Assembly (NCBI RefSeq): GCF_009914755.1
Contig: NC_060941.1
Source of the DNA: the human T2T-CHM13v2.0 reference genome, Homo sapiens
Length of the DNA: 64,000 nucleotides
Reading direction: 5' to 3' (one strand)
Under the pieces are notes generated by a model that made no database searches, was not told the origin of the DNA, and was given only the letters and a program-made list of their open reading frames with translations. Below, in pieces: positions 29,601 to 45,666 of this stretch (position 1 is the first letter of the stretch; every line of letters begins with the position of its first letter). The position numbers were made by a program, and so were the translations under genes.

Positions 29601-31928
29601 GGAGCTTTGATGTGTTCCTGCAGCTGATATAAATGCAGGGAGGGGGTGTCAGGGAGAGGCAGCTGGCTGGCAGCGACAGATTAAAATATTTCTGACCCAC
29701 AAATGTAACCAAATGCCCATATTTCTTCATTTAACATAATTAATGCCTTGTATTTCCACTGACTTTGATAAAGTGGCCTTCCTCTTCCCATCCCATCCCC
29801 CTTCCCTGTGTCAACTTTGGGACGACTACAAGAGATCTATAGTTAAAATACTCTGCAGATGATGAAGGATAGCATGTCTGAAAAAAGCTAACATAAAAGT
29901 CTCAATTAGGTTGCTGCCTAGCAGGAAGCTTATAACCACATTAAAATGGAAAAGTTATTTCATTTTTAGTATACTGTATTTCAGCAGCAAGAGTTGCAAT
30001 CTGAGAGTAATATGAAACATTTTGGTTTGGCTGCCAAGTACATCCACATTTTGTTATAAATGTATAATTACAGGAAATATGTGAAAAGTGTTAAATATTT
30101 CTTATCAAATATTGTTAAAGAGGTATTCTGGTTACATTTGGAATTTAGAAAAGGCCTGGGATGGATTTTGATCATGTTACAAGGCCCACTTGTTGCATTT
30201 AATTTAAAGCAGTTGTCCCAATTTCATTACCACAGAGCATAGCGTTTTCAAATTTATTCTTTAAAAGACAGAGATAGTGGCACAAAATGTGCTGTGGGTT
30301 TAAGCAATATTTGATTGATCATGTGATTCTATCAGTATCTTTTTTTTCTTTTATTTTGCCTCAGTATACACATTTCTGAATGAAAAGATAGACGATGTCT
30401 TTATTTTAAACAATCTAGTGGTGGTTGAAGAGGCCATCTGGAAAGGTGATGTCAACGGAGGGTAGGGTGGTTGCTGGTGGAGGGGAGTAGCCAGCGCCCC
30501 TCCCCTCAGCACACATACCAGCCCCCGCAATTCCAGTTTCATGGTGCCTGAGTTGCTGTCTGGTTGGTTGAACACATTCTCCTCAGCTTATATTTAACTC
30601 GTCGCTTGTTCTGGAAAAGTAGTAGTACTGCCTTCTCTGGCCTTTGTAAACATGATTGCTGGACAAAGATGAGCAGCACGGATCTGCTGCGATGGTCAGA
30701 ATTCAATTATATTACTCTCTCTGAGGCAAAAAGCACACATTTAATAACTAAATTGGATTCCTTCTACTAAGAGATCCTAAATTCGTGTTTAATAGCCAGC
30801 TAAATGTAGAGCTGATTTATATTTATAGGCTGGTTGTAGATTTGGTTGATAGAATATAAAGTTTGATCTGTATGTGGATGGTTTTACTACCCCAAATGAA
30901 ATGTACGTATCCTGGTCCTGCACCATGTTTTTCTTCAGTAAAAATTGAAGATATTTTATTGGGAAATATCCTGGGTAAGTAAACAGTGATTGCAATGTGT
31001 ATGGAGCCACGGTTCTTACAGGAGTGGGTATGGTTCACATAGGAAGTGGGAGCCTAGTTAAGATTCCGATTCTCTGTGGGATGGGGATAGGTAGGGAATC
31101 ATTTCTCAGGAGAAGGAGAGCTTGCGAATGGAAGGGGTGTTCCTGCCAGCTGGGTTTCTTTGCATTCCCAACAGAAGGGTGTTTCATATGCATTTGCCTC
31201 TACAAGAATATTCTCACACCATAGATATAGAGAAAGGACAGGTATATACATCGTATTTTATTTGAAGGTATCCTGACAGAATTTCTGCCTATCTTTTTTC
31301 CTGCTACAGTCTGTTGTACAGCAGCAAGACCAAGATGATTCCAGTAATAAGCCTTATTGGTATGGTTCACTGATTTTTTTGGACTCTGCATTTATTTTAG
31401 CAGACTTCCCCAATAACATTTTGCAGTTTTCAGCTTTTAGTTGTTGAAAACAAAAATAATAAGTAAACCAGTTCAGGGATATACTTCTCTTTCTGAAACT
31501 GATTCCATGTCATAATGCCCTCCTTGGGGAGGAGCAACGTCTCCAGCCGAGGCTGCAACCCGAGGAACCACTCCTGATGGAATATGAGAAAGAAAAGTGT
31601 ATTATTTACATTCTTAATGTTTTGCCTTTTGTTGTTATTTGGGACACTCAAGAGGACCAACATGACGTTAGAGCTTTTTACTTAATAAATTATATACATA
31701 TATATCTTGCTTAAGTTTTATAGGTAATCCTGGAAGTTTAGTCTTACTTTGGGAAAAGATCAAGGCAACATTCTATTCACATTCGTTCAGCAAATATTTG
31801 TTGAGCACCTATTATATGTCATAATAGTGAGTGCCTAGAATACATTTACCAGAGGAAATGTTGTTCCTACTAAATGAGTAAAACCCTGCGGCACACATGA
31901 TAAATATTATTTTTAAAAAGTGGTTTTA

Positions 31929-32231
31929 GGCCAGGCCTGGTGGCTCACGCCTGTAATCCCAGCACCTGGGGAGGCCGAGGTGGGCAGATCACGAGGTCAG
32001 GAGATCAAGACCATCCTGGCTAACACGGTGAAACCCAGTCTCTACTAAAAATACAAAAAATTAGCCGGGCGTGGTTGTGGGCGCCTGTAGTCCCAGCTAC
32101 TGGGGAGGCTGGGCAGGAGAATGGTGTGAACCTGGGAGGCGGAGCTTGCAGTGAGCCGAGATCACGCCACTGCATTCCAGCCTGGGCGACAGAGCGAGAC
32201 TCCGTCTCAGAAAGGAAAAAAAAAAAAAAAA
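31929..32231 (+). mobile_element. AluY
   Basis: 'catcctggctaacacggtg', 'ggcggagcttgcagtgag'. Confidence 0.93.
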
Positions 32232-32490
32232 GTTTTTTTCTATGCTAAAATTTAACAGATCAATTCTTCTCAACTATTAGGAGATGGGATGGTTTCTATT
32301 CTCTTAACACCTGAATGACCAAGATACTTTAGATCTGAAGTATAATTACAGTATGTTTTTCCAGGGCAGAGCTTCTCAGAGTCTTTATTTAAAGGTTTCA
32401 TTTCAGAGTCCTTTATGGAATGTAGATTAAGAAGTAGTAATATTCCATCTACCCAAAAGTCAAACAAACAAATTTTTTAAAAACTCAAAT

Positions 32491-32810
<320 letters not shown>

Positions 32811-33061
32811 CCTCAAATAAATCAAAGATTTATTTGAAATGACCAGATTTTTGGGCACTGAAATCAGTGATAAAGACATGACTTTTTTTTTTTCTTTTTT
32901 GGAAACATCAGTACTGGGAAATTTATAAAGCCCTTAATAGAAAGTGATAAAAATACTATGGAATCATGTGTGTAGTAATTCCGAATCAATGGCAAGATGT
33001 TGAATTATCTTCTAAATTTTTAAAGAAATACTATGTTCAGGGTAGTTTTTTATTAAACATG

Positions 33062-33600
33062 TGCTATGGTTTCAATATGTCCCCAAAGTTCATGTGTTGG
33101 AAATGTAATCTCCAATGAAAAGGTGTTAAGAGGTGGGACCTTTAAGAGGTGATTAGGTCTGGGCATGGTAGTTCACACCTGTAATGCCAGCACCACTTTG
33201 GGTGGCCAAAGCAGGAGGACATTTGAGGACAGGAGTTAGAGACCAGCCTGGACAACATACTGAGACCCCATCCCTACCAAAAAAAAGTAAACTAGGTCAT
33301 GAGGGTTCCACCCCCATGAATGAATTAATGCTGTTATCGCAGGAGTAGGTTAGTTATTGCAGGAGTGGGCTGGTTATCGCAGAGTGAGATTCTGACTAAA
33401 GGGTGAGTTCAGCCCAATTTGCTTGCTCTGTCACATGCTTGCTTCTGCCTTCCATCTTCCACCATAGAATGACCCTCACCAGAGCCTGGTGTCATGCGCT
33501 TGGACTTCCCAGCCTCCAAAACTGAGCCAAATAAACCTTTGTTCTTTATAAATTACCCAGTCTGTGGTATTGTTATAGCAGCAGAAAATGAACTAAGATA
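33062..33600 (+). mobile_element. MST (MSTD-like) MaLR solo LTR with an Alu monomer inserted at ~33157-33290
   Basis: Starts tgctatggtttcaatatgtccccaaagttcatgtgttggaa; ends aataaacctttgttctttataaattacccagtc...aactaagata. Confidence 0.88.
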
Positions 33601-34201
33601 GCATTCTTCATAATCTTCTAGTTCCTTATGAGTTAGTATCCACAAATGATGGATAAGATACCTGTTCATTCATAAGCATGTTCTGTGTACCCCAGCATGG
33701 TATTCATTTCCCGATTGGACCACTTTCCTGGTCCGTTATGGAAAGGTGAACAAACAAACAAACCCCACATGGACATTCAGATTGAACAGTGATGATCCTT
33801 AGTTGGTTCTCCATGCAGGTGGCTGTTAAAGAAGCAGAGTGCTTGACAGGCCTGCCTGGGAGAAGGTAAGCAGTAACAGTTTCTATCCATTCAATTCTTA
33901 CTCCTTTTTTATGCCCTTTCCTTACCTAATAATTTCCCTAATTATCTGGTATATTTCAAAGGAAGCTCTGTTAGGACCAACAGCATGTAAATTAGACACT
34001 TTTCTCCCAAAAGGAGCCTTGGGATCCAAAGGAATTAGAATGAACTCACCAAAGAAGCCAGATCCTTTCCTAAAAGGGTACTTAACCTTAGTGCCCACCA
34101 ATGTATATCCTGGCCACATATATTTTCAGTAGTATTATGCACTCTGAGGACATTTACATTCTTTTTTAAAAGTTATTCTACTTTTTTTAAAAAAAGTTTT
34201 A

Positions 34202-34501
<300 letters not shown>

Positions 34502-34639
34502 TTAAAAACTATTTTTTAAAAAAATACTAAAAAAGTTATCCTACTATTTTTTCAAAAGTTATTCTCTATTTTTAAAAAGTTATAATTTCTAGCGGACTCT
34601 TCACTTACATTACCTGGATTAATACTTGAAAGAACTCAA

Positions 34640-34790
34640 AGAGGCAGGAATTACTATTTTATATTTTATAGATGAGTAAATGGAGGCTTAGAGATGTTAG
34701 GTTATTTCAGCATAGTTACTAAGTGATAGAGCTGGAAGTCAAACTGAGGTTTTGTAAATCTAAATTTTGTCTTTCCACCAAGTGACACTA
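34640..34790 (-). mobile_element. MIR SINE
   Basis: 'attttatagatgagtaaatggaggcttagagatgttag...agagctggaagtcaaac'. Confidence 0.65.
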
Positions 34791-35174
34791 CATAATTCTT
34801 ATGATGGTAAGGACATAGCTAAAGTAGGTAATTGCTGCTTCAGCTTCTTGATGAATGAAGGAAACTGAATCTCATAAGTTTTTCCCTTTTTCCCCATAAT
34901 TGCTAGTTTAGTCTTTGCAAAACAAAGCACCTCTCCCAGGATTCCTTTTGGCAGATTATCATCAAGCAAAATCCTCGAATTCCCTCATGGCATATTTTTT
35001 GTCCTATAAAGTATCTTATTTAACTGTAGCTTCATCACGGTCTTCCCTCCAAACTACTTACTAGTTAAAAGGCACTTCGTATCAGGCCCTTCTAATAGCA
35101 AATAGCTCCATAAAGCATTTCCTTTTTTTTCTTTTTCTAAACGTTTTATTATTATTGTTACTCTCTCTCTCTCT

Positions 35175-35475
35175 TTTTTTTTTTTTTTTTTTTTTGAGAC
35201 AGAGTCTTGCTCTGTTTCCCAGGCTGAAATGCAGTGGTGTGAGCTCAGCTCACTGCAACCTGCGTCTCCTGGGTTCAGGCAGTTCTCTTGCCTCTGACTC
35301 CCAAGTAGCTGGGATTACAGCCATGCACCACCATACCTGGCTGATTTTTGTGTTTTTAGTGGACACGGGGTTTCACCATGCTGGCCAGGCTGGTCTCGAA
35401 CTCCTGACCTCAAGTGATCCGCCTGCCTTGCCCTCTCAAAGTGCTGAGATTACAGGCATGAGCCACTGCGCCCAT
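35175..35475 (-). mobile_element. AluS
   Basis: Reverse Alu with poly-T. Confidence 0.93.
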
Positions 35476-35489
35476 CCTGAACTTTTTAT

Positions 35490-35826
35490 TATTTTTTAGT
35501 TTTTATTTTTAGAGACATCCTCTCACTCCGTCGCACAGGCTGGAGTGTAGTGGCACAATCATAGATCACTGTGGCCTTCAATTCCCTGGGGTAGAGTCAT
35601 CCTCCCACTTCAGCCTCCTGATTAGTTGGGACTACAGGCATGTGCCACCATGACTGGCTAATTTTGTTGTTGTTGTTGTTGTAGAGATGGAGTCTCACTA
35701 CTCACTACTCCATCTCTACAACAATGTGGAGACCCAGGCTGGTCTCCAACTCCTGGGCTCAAGCGATCCTCCCACCTTGGCCTTCCAAAGTGCTGGGATT
35801 ACAGGCAGGAGCTACCACGCCCAGCC
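35490..35826 (-). mobile_element. AluJ with internal inverted duplication
   Basis: Reverse Alu; extra sequence ~35701-35731. Confidence 0.9.
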
Positions 35827-38234
35827 GAGCACTTCCTTAAAGAATCTATTTATTTTGTGAAATAGGTAAATATTTATTGAATGCTTATTGTGTTTTTAGC
35901 AGTGTGGGAGGTGAGAAAACTTTTCCTTTCCTAATTCAAGGAGCCTTAGTTAGGAAAGATGAGGCATAAGTGCATTTCAATTACTTAAAAGATGAAGAAA
36001 TACCACAAGGCACTATATGAGTAATTGCAAAATTAATGGCACAGAGAGTAAATGCTTATCGTAATATTAGAATTGTAACACTGATAAAGTCCTTATCTAG
36101 TCCCACTTCCTTAAAAGAAGATAAAACTCAGAAAGATTAGCAATACAGGCTTAAAATTATACAGCAAGATATTGCCAGGTCTAGAATTCAAATTCACATC
36201 TTTTGACTACCAGTCTCTCACCTGAACTAACTCTCTCCTTGAACTGTAGATACTTAGATTTTTGAGAGGGAAATAAAATCTCACTATAGATAGTTTTAAG
36301 CTTCTGACACAATCTAGCAGATGTCTGTGAAACTGTGTGCTATACCCTGGACATTAGGCACTAGGTACTAGAAAAGATGGTCCCCTGACTCAAGTAGTTT
36401 ACAGTGTAATAGGGTAGACCTCTAAAAAACTGGACTACAAGGTAAACTTAAGGAAATGACACAGAAGAGCTTTACGTACATATGCTGTGGGAGCCCAGAC
36501 ATTGGAGGAGAAACCCTGTTTATCAGGACTGGGGCTTCTTGTAGGGGATACCTTTGAACAGATGGCATTGTTTGGAAGGACATTTCATACAAAGGAAAGG
36601 GCTGTGACTTGCATTTTGTTTGTTAGTGCTTTGATGATTCGTAGCTATTTTCTTTTTCTAGTCTCATTTTTGTTCCCCATGCCTACTTTTCACCGTCTTA
36701 GCCACCTGTACACATGCCTCAGTGCTAAAACCTACATTTCGATATTTGCTGTAACTATAGGTTTACTTCTCTCCTCTTTGGTATCATACGGCGCTGCCTG
36801 CCTCCTGATGGTAGACATCATTTTATTTCTCCATTGGCTTTTATCACTCATTGGAAACAAAGGAAATTTATGCCCACTGACAAAATTAAGCATTGGCTTA
36901 TTTCATTTGCTGGGTCAGGTTTGACTTTTCTTTTTTCCCATCTGTCTCCTTCTGTATGTTTTTGATTTCTCTAACTCTAGACTTTTTTTCTACCCTTCCA
37001 CAATTTCCCCTCTGTTAACTCCCACACTCTGGAAGATCTTTTTGATGACTCTTTGATCCAACTCTGTATTTATATCTATCATGCGGACCTCTCTCGTTCC
37101 TTGAGCCTTTTCTATTTCTCCCTTCTCCTATATTTTGTATTTGGCATTGAATTACCATCCTGCAAAATGGGCTGACTCCATTTTGTGTAAAAAATAAATG
37201 CAATCAAATGAAAGCTAATTTATTTTTAACAGGGACTTTGAATGCCTGGAGATTAGGTCATAATTTTCTCACCTTTTCAAATATTTATCTCTAATTTTCC
37301 CTCCTGCCAAAGTCTAGAATTCCAGAGTGTTTTTCCCTAGTAATTTAATTAGGCCACAAGTTTGAGGCTTAATGGTAGATCAAAAAATGTATGATATGCT
37401 TGAGAGATCAAGACAGCAAATTGATTACTGTTGTAGCAAAGGTTGGCAAATGTGGGAGAAGGAGCAGGTTCTGCCCTGTGCTGCAAGATCTGAGTCAGCG
37501 ATCAAGGTCAGTCTCAGTTCATTAACTTCTTCTGAAGGCTTATAGTCATTGCAAATATAACTGCTTATACCTTATGTTATCATTATATAGTACGGTTTTG
37601 GAATGACTTATGTTCACCTCAAATGTGTCCTAGAGTAACAGAAGGATGCTGAAATGTCTAGAGTAGTATAAACTGATTTCTGACCATTTTGCCTAGTTTC
37701 CTAATGCCCACAAATGGAAAAGTCTCACCTCTCAAGGTATAAGTGTGGATAAATACTCTCACATGTGCTGAGATCAGACAGGGGCCTGCTTTTAAATGAA
37801 TCATCCAAAAATCATTATTTATTTTGAGGAGCAATATACAAGGATTCTCACTGTACTTCCAGCCAATACATTATTTAACATTAGAATATATTTCATATTA
37901 TTAAGGTCTCACCATTAAGAAAGATGTTTTCTCAACAGTTCTAATACCTATGTCATTCTTATGTTCAGACAATACCAAAACTCTTTTTAACTGTAAATTG
38001 CTACCCTTAAGCCCACTTTTAAATGATGTTTAATATATTCCACTTGAAACAAAATGGCAAATCATATTAAGCTTAACAGTTTTTGAGAAGTCTGGAATGA
38101 AGGTAACATTTTATGTGCCCAGTCCTTTACATAGAAGTAGAATAACTTGGTTTGAGATTTTTGTATGTGGATAACCTAGCTGTGCAATGAGATAGGATTC
38201 TTTTTCCTTTTCTTTCCTTGTTATTTAAAAAAAA

Positions 38235-38344
38235 TTGAGATGGGGTTTTGCTATGTTGACCAGGCTGGTCTCAAACTCCTGGCCTTATGCAATCCTCCCA
38301 TCTTGGCCTCCCAAAGTGCTAGGATTACATGTGTGAGCCCGGCC
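38235..38344 (-). mobile_element. Alu monomer (FLAM-like)
   Basis: Single left arm only. Confidence 0.85.
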
Positions 38345-38639
38345 GAGATAGAATTGTTTCATTTAAGGATTCCTCAGTGTACTTTAGAAGCACTCCACAC
38401 CAACCTTTATAAATAAACAGAAAGTCAGAAAAATTGTTATACTTTTTCATTTGTTAAACATATTTTAAAGACCATTTGATTTTCAGACAGTGGTGGTGGT
38501 GATAAGATAATGTATTGAGGTTGTTTTTAAGCCAAGAATATCTGTGGATATGGGACCATTTTTACTTATCTCATGTAAAATAGATTTTGATCCAATTTCT
38601 GTGAGTTGATTTTTCTGAAAATGAAATAATTAACATTAT

Positions 38640-38933
<294 letters not shown>

Positions 38934-39052
38934 AACATTTACTTTCTAATCAGTTGGGTATTCCACACATCGAATTACACAAGGCCTTCAATAAATGCAG
39001 GCACCAGACTTACCCTTCTGCTTGAAACAAACTGAACAATGATATGATGTAA

Positions 39053-39371
<319 letters not shown>

Positions 39372-40406
39372 GATACGATGTAATGGTTTTCAAGGTATTG
39401 GGTAACAGGCAGTTAAGGATAGTTATCCCTGAAAGATGGGAAATAAATGAAGTGAGCCCTGCAATTGTCAGAGCTCGTCGCTGGTACATATTGAAGGAAG
39501 GGGAAATCCAGGTGGAGTGCAGCAGTCTTCATGAGTGGAGGAGATAGAGGTGGGAGGTTGAGGAGGCCAAGGTGGCTAGAACTCACAGGGCAGAGTCCCC
39601 GAGAGGAAAGAGCTGTACACGGAGAGAGAACATTCTAGAGATCTACAGAGGACATCCTGCAAGCCTTCAGCTGAGCACATGGGAAACTACCCAAGGCCCA
39701 GGAAAGAGCCACTTAAAAAGATCAGAGGGAACATTCGCTGGAGCTTATGCAGGGCTGGGAGTGATTTCTGTTCCCATTAGCCAGATTGGAAAATCTCATA
39801 ATTTGCAGGTAAAGTGATACAAGATTTTTGTGTCAAAAGTGGGGCAAAATTTCCTCTAAATTCCTGTAGCCTTCCTTGCTTAAAAAAAAGCAAGACCCAC
39901 GGCACCTCCTAATTAAGTCGCTTATAATCAGTGATAAAGAGAAAAATGTTGTAAGGTTCTTACAGTGTACATGAAGTGATATAATACATCCTAAATGTGT
40001 AGACTTGGATAAGTTACAAATATATGCTATACATTCTAAAGCAGCCTCTAAAGTAACATAGGTGTAGCTAATCAGTTAACAAATGAGATAAAAATGGCAT
40101 CCTAAAAATATTCAGTAGATCCAAAACAACACATGGGAACCAAAAAGAAAAAAAATGGAACAAAGAATAAATGTATGAACTAATAGAAAACATTTAGCAA
40201 GATGGTAGATTTAAACTTGGCCATATCAAAAGTCATATTGAATGTAAACGGTCTAAACACTCAATTAAAAGACAGGAAATGTAAGATTGGATAAAAAAGG
40301 CAAGAATCACCTACATCTTGCCCATAAAAATCTCACCTAAATATAAAGACATGAATAGGACAAAAGTAAAAGGATAGAAATAATGATATATTATGCTAAT
40401 ACTAAT

Positions 40407-40715
<309 letters not shown>

Positions 40716-41136
40716 AACAGGAAGCTTTAAAAAGCAGGAATGGCTATATTAATAGACAAAGTAGACTTCAGAACAAAGAATATTATCACAGAATAAGGAA
40801 ACATTTCATAATTACAAAGGGGTCAGTTCGTGAAGAGAACATATCAGTTCTGAATGTTTGCCTCATTACAGAGCTTCAAAACACATGAAACAAAACTGAT
40901 AGAACTACATGTAGAATTAGGTGAACACACAATTATAGTTGGAGATTCAACATCTCTTTCTCAGTCCTCAATAGAATAGACAAAGAATCAGCAAGAAGGA
41001 GATAGAATATTTAGAATAACACTAATCACCAACTTAATCTAGTTGACATTTACTGAAAAACAAAAAACACTACCAACGGCAGAACCACCTTCTTTCCAAG
41101 TGCACACAAACTATTTACTATAATAATTCATATTCT

Positions 41137-41808
<672 letters not shown>

Positions 41809-41958
41809 TCATACAAAGTGTCTTCTGACCACAATGGAATTAAATTAGAAATCAGTAGCCTTAAGGGATTTGGAAAAATCACCAAATATTTGGAACCTAG
41901 CACATCTAAATAACTCATGGATTTAAGAAATAAAAAGGAAAATTAGAAATTGTTTTGA

Positions 41959-42254
41959 GGCTGGGCACGGTGGCTCATGCCTGTTATTCCTAGCACTTTG
42001 GGAGGCCAAGGCGGGAGGATCAGTTGAAGCCAGGAGTTGACACCAGCCTGGCCAACACTGAAATCCCATCTCTACTAAAAATAGAAAAAATTAGCCAGGC
42101 ATGGTGGTGCACACCTGTAGTCCCAGCTGCTTGGGAGGCTGAGGCATGAGAATCATTTGAACCCGAGAGGCAGAGGTTGCAGTGAACTGAGATCACGCCA
42201 CTGCACCCCAGCCTGGGTGACAAAGCAAGACTCTGTCTCCAAAAAAAAAAAAAA
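41959..42254 (+). mobile_element. AluS
   Basis: TSD aaattgttttga. Confidence 0.93.
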
Positions 42255-42416
42255 TTGTTTTGAACTAAATGAAAATTAAAACATGTCAAAATTTGTGAGA
42301 CACGCTAAAACAGTACTCAGAGGGAAATTTATAACACAAAATGCCTATATTAGAAAAGAAAAAAAGGTCTCAAATCAGTGGCCTCACCTCTCATCTTAAA
42401 AAAACTATATAATATG

Positions 42417-42690
42417 GCCCAGTGCTTTGGGAGACTGAGGCTGAAGGATCACTAGAGGCCAGGAGTTTGAGACCAGCTTGGGCAACATAGGAAGACCTCA
42501 CCTCTATAAAACAATTTTAGAAAATTAGTTGGGCATGGTGGTGCAGGTGTGTAGTCCTAGCCACTCAGGAGGTTGAGATGGGGGATGACTTGAGCCCAGT
42601 GGTTGGAGGTCACAGTGAGCTATGATCATGCCACTGCACTCCAGCCTAGGTGACAGAGTGAGACCCTGTCTCAAACAAACAAACCCAAAA
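42417..42690 (+). mobile_element. AluJ, 5'-truncated
   Basis: Diverged Alu starting at cccagtgctttggg. Confidence 0.88.
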
Positions 42691-42871
42691 ACGATAATAC
42701 AGATCAAAGTGGAAATTATTTAAATAAAAACAGAAAAACAAACCTTAGTTCTTCATTTTAACACCAATACTATAATCCATTTTTAAAAATGGAAATTGCA
42801 CATCATCAAAATCAAGAAAGTCAGTTCCTCTAATGATACTATTAATGGATTGCCACACACTGGAAGAAAAT

Positions 42872-44487
42872 TGTTTAATATTTTTAAATTTACAAATAAA
42901 AATTGTATATATTTGTGATGTACAACATGATTGTTTTTGTGTGTGGTAAGAACACTTGAAATTTACTTTCAGCAATTTTGAAATGTACAGTATATTAACT
43001 GTATGAACAGCAAATTATTAACTGTAGTCACCATTCTGTCAAACAGATCTCAAGAGACTTACTCCTCCTTACTAAAACTTTGTGCCGTTTGACCTACATC
43101 TCACCATTTTCCTCACCCCAGCTGCTGATAACCACCGTTCTACTACTCTCTGCTTCTGTGAACTTGATTGTTTATCAAATCTGCACATAATTGAGATCAT
43201 AGGTCATTTGTCCTTACATGCCTGGTTCATTTCACTTAGCATAATGTCCTCCAAGCTCATCCATGTTGTCACAAATGACAGGATTTCCTTCTTTTTTAAG
43301 GCTGAATAGTATTCCATTGTGCATATGTACCACATTTTCATTTATCTGTTGATGGACATTTTGGTTGATTCCATAACTTGGCTGCTGTGACTAGTGCTGT
43401 AATGAACATGAGAGCACAGATATCTCTTCAACACACTAATTTCCTTTCCTTTCTGTATATACCCAGTTTCAGGATTGCTCATGGTTTGTATGGTTAAAAT
43501 AAGGAAATGGCCAAAGTATGATTTCAATAATCGCACGGTGTATTACCATACAAAGAGATTCTCTTCCCTGCCTCCCTACAATGCTCAAACGGGGAGAAAA
43601 TGAGAAAAAATCTTGTAGGGAATACACTCGATAGACACAGTGAGTTCCATTTTATTTAGAGTCCAATTGATGAATTCTGGTAGCTCAATTAAGATAGAAT
43701 CAGGCCTCAGTGGAAGTAAAGTCTAATCACAGTTCGATATGTACTTTTCTATGGGAGCTTCTCAGGAGAGATGGTTTGACCACACAAGTCCTTGTACACT
43801 AGTGAGTGGTGCAGGTATTGGCAGGTGAGACTTTGGAGAACAGCTTGAAGGCTGACAAAGAGTAGTCCTGCTGCATCCTGAGGTCTCAGTGTGTCTTGTC
43901 AAAGTCCTGGGGTTAGGTCAGGCATGGGTGGTTCACACCTGTAATCCCAGCACTTTCGGAGGGCAAGGCAGGAAGATTACTTGTTGGCAGGAGTTCGAGA
44001 TCAACCTGAGCAACTTAGTGAGACCCCATCTCTGTAAAAAATATAAAGATTAGCTGGGTGTGGTGGTGCATGGCCATAGTCCCAGCTACTCAGGAGACTG
44101 AGGCAGGAGGATCACTTGAGTTTGAGGATGCAGTGAGCTATGATTGTGTCACTGTGCTCCAGCCTGGGTGACACAGTGGGAAAAAAAAAAAAAGCTCTTG
44201 GGTTTACATGTGTTTTGGAGTCCAGTAGTTGAGATCAGTAACTCACATATGTGGTCTGATAAGGGGTGATGTAACATTGTCATGGGGAAGGGCATTATAC
44301 TCCATGTTTTTATCTTAGCAAAACATATGTCACCAATGCAGCAAATTATGTGAATGTTTGGAATCATTTCAAAGCTGTCCCAGCTAGATTATATGATAGC
44401 TCTATTTTTAATTTTGGGGGAAACCTCAATACTGTTTTCCATAATGGCTGTGCTAATTCACATTCCCACCAACAATACACTATGGTT
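42872..44487 (-). mobile_element. L1MA-like 3' end, split at 43479/44386
   Basis: 'catttcacttagcataatgtcctccaagctcatccatgttgtc'; resumes 'agattatatgatagctct...cattcccaccaacaa'; TSD cactgg(a/g)agaaaat at 42858-42871 and 44488-44501. Confidence 0.85.
43916..44193 (+). mobile_element. AluJ
   Basis: Diverged Alu; degenerate TSD aaagtcctggggtta / aaagctcttgggttta. Confidence 0.9.
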
Positions 44488-44645
44488 CACTGGGAGAAAA
44501 TATTAACGGAAGCTACACATTGGTAGAAAGTATTTTCCGCTCACCCAACTGATAAAGGACTTGTATCCAGAATATATAAATATAAAAAGCTCAGAACTCA
44601 AGAATAAGAAAGCTAACAACTGAATTAAAAAATAGGTAAGTTTGA

Positions 44646-45017
<372 letters not shown>

Positions 45018-45316
45018 TCAACCTTATTTATAAGGTAAGATGTATATGGTTATTTAATATATTATATATGTATTTAATATATGGCTAATATATACATTTT
45101 TCTGACTTTATATATAGATATAAAACCAGAAAAGCTATTTACCCAGAAAATTTTTTTCTTCCTATTTTTGTTTTCATTTTACTCAGTGATATAATTTTTA
45201 TTCTTACTTCCTGATAGTAAAAGAAAAAATGAACCCAACCCTCAAAAGGCTGAGGCCCTGTCCCCCCATTGTCAGTGATTTGTTTTTTCTGACAGGTTGA
45301 AAATTGTGTAATGTCT

Positions 45317-45666
<350 letters not shown>

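Noticed and set aside
33330-33385. Triple 'gttatcgcaggag' repeat
   Set aside because: Intrinsic feature of the MST LTR consensus
36487-36924. 145-aa hydrophobic ORF
   Set aside because: GTG start, T-rich composition explains hydrophobicity, no family resemblance
43480-44385. NUMT or processed-pseudogene identity for the insert
   Set aside because: No mitochondrial gene, tRNA or protein similarity recognised in manual translation
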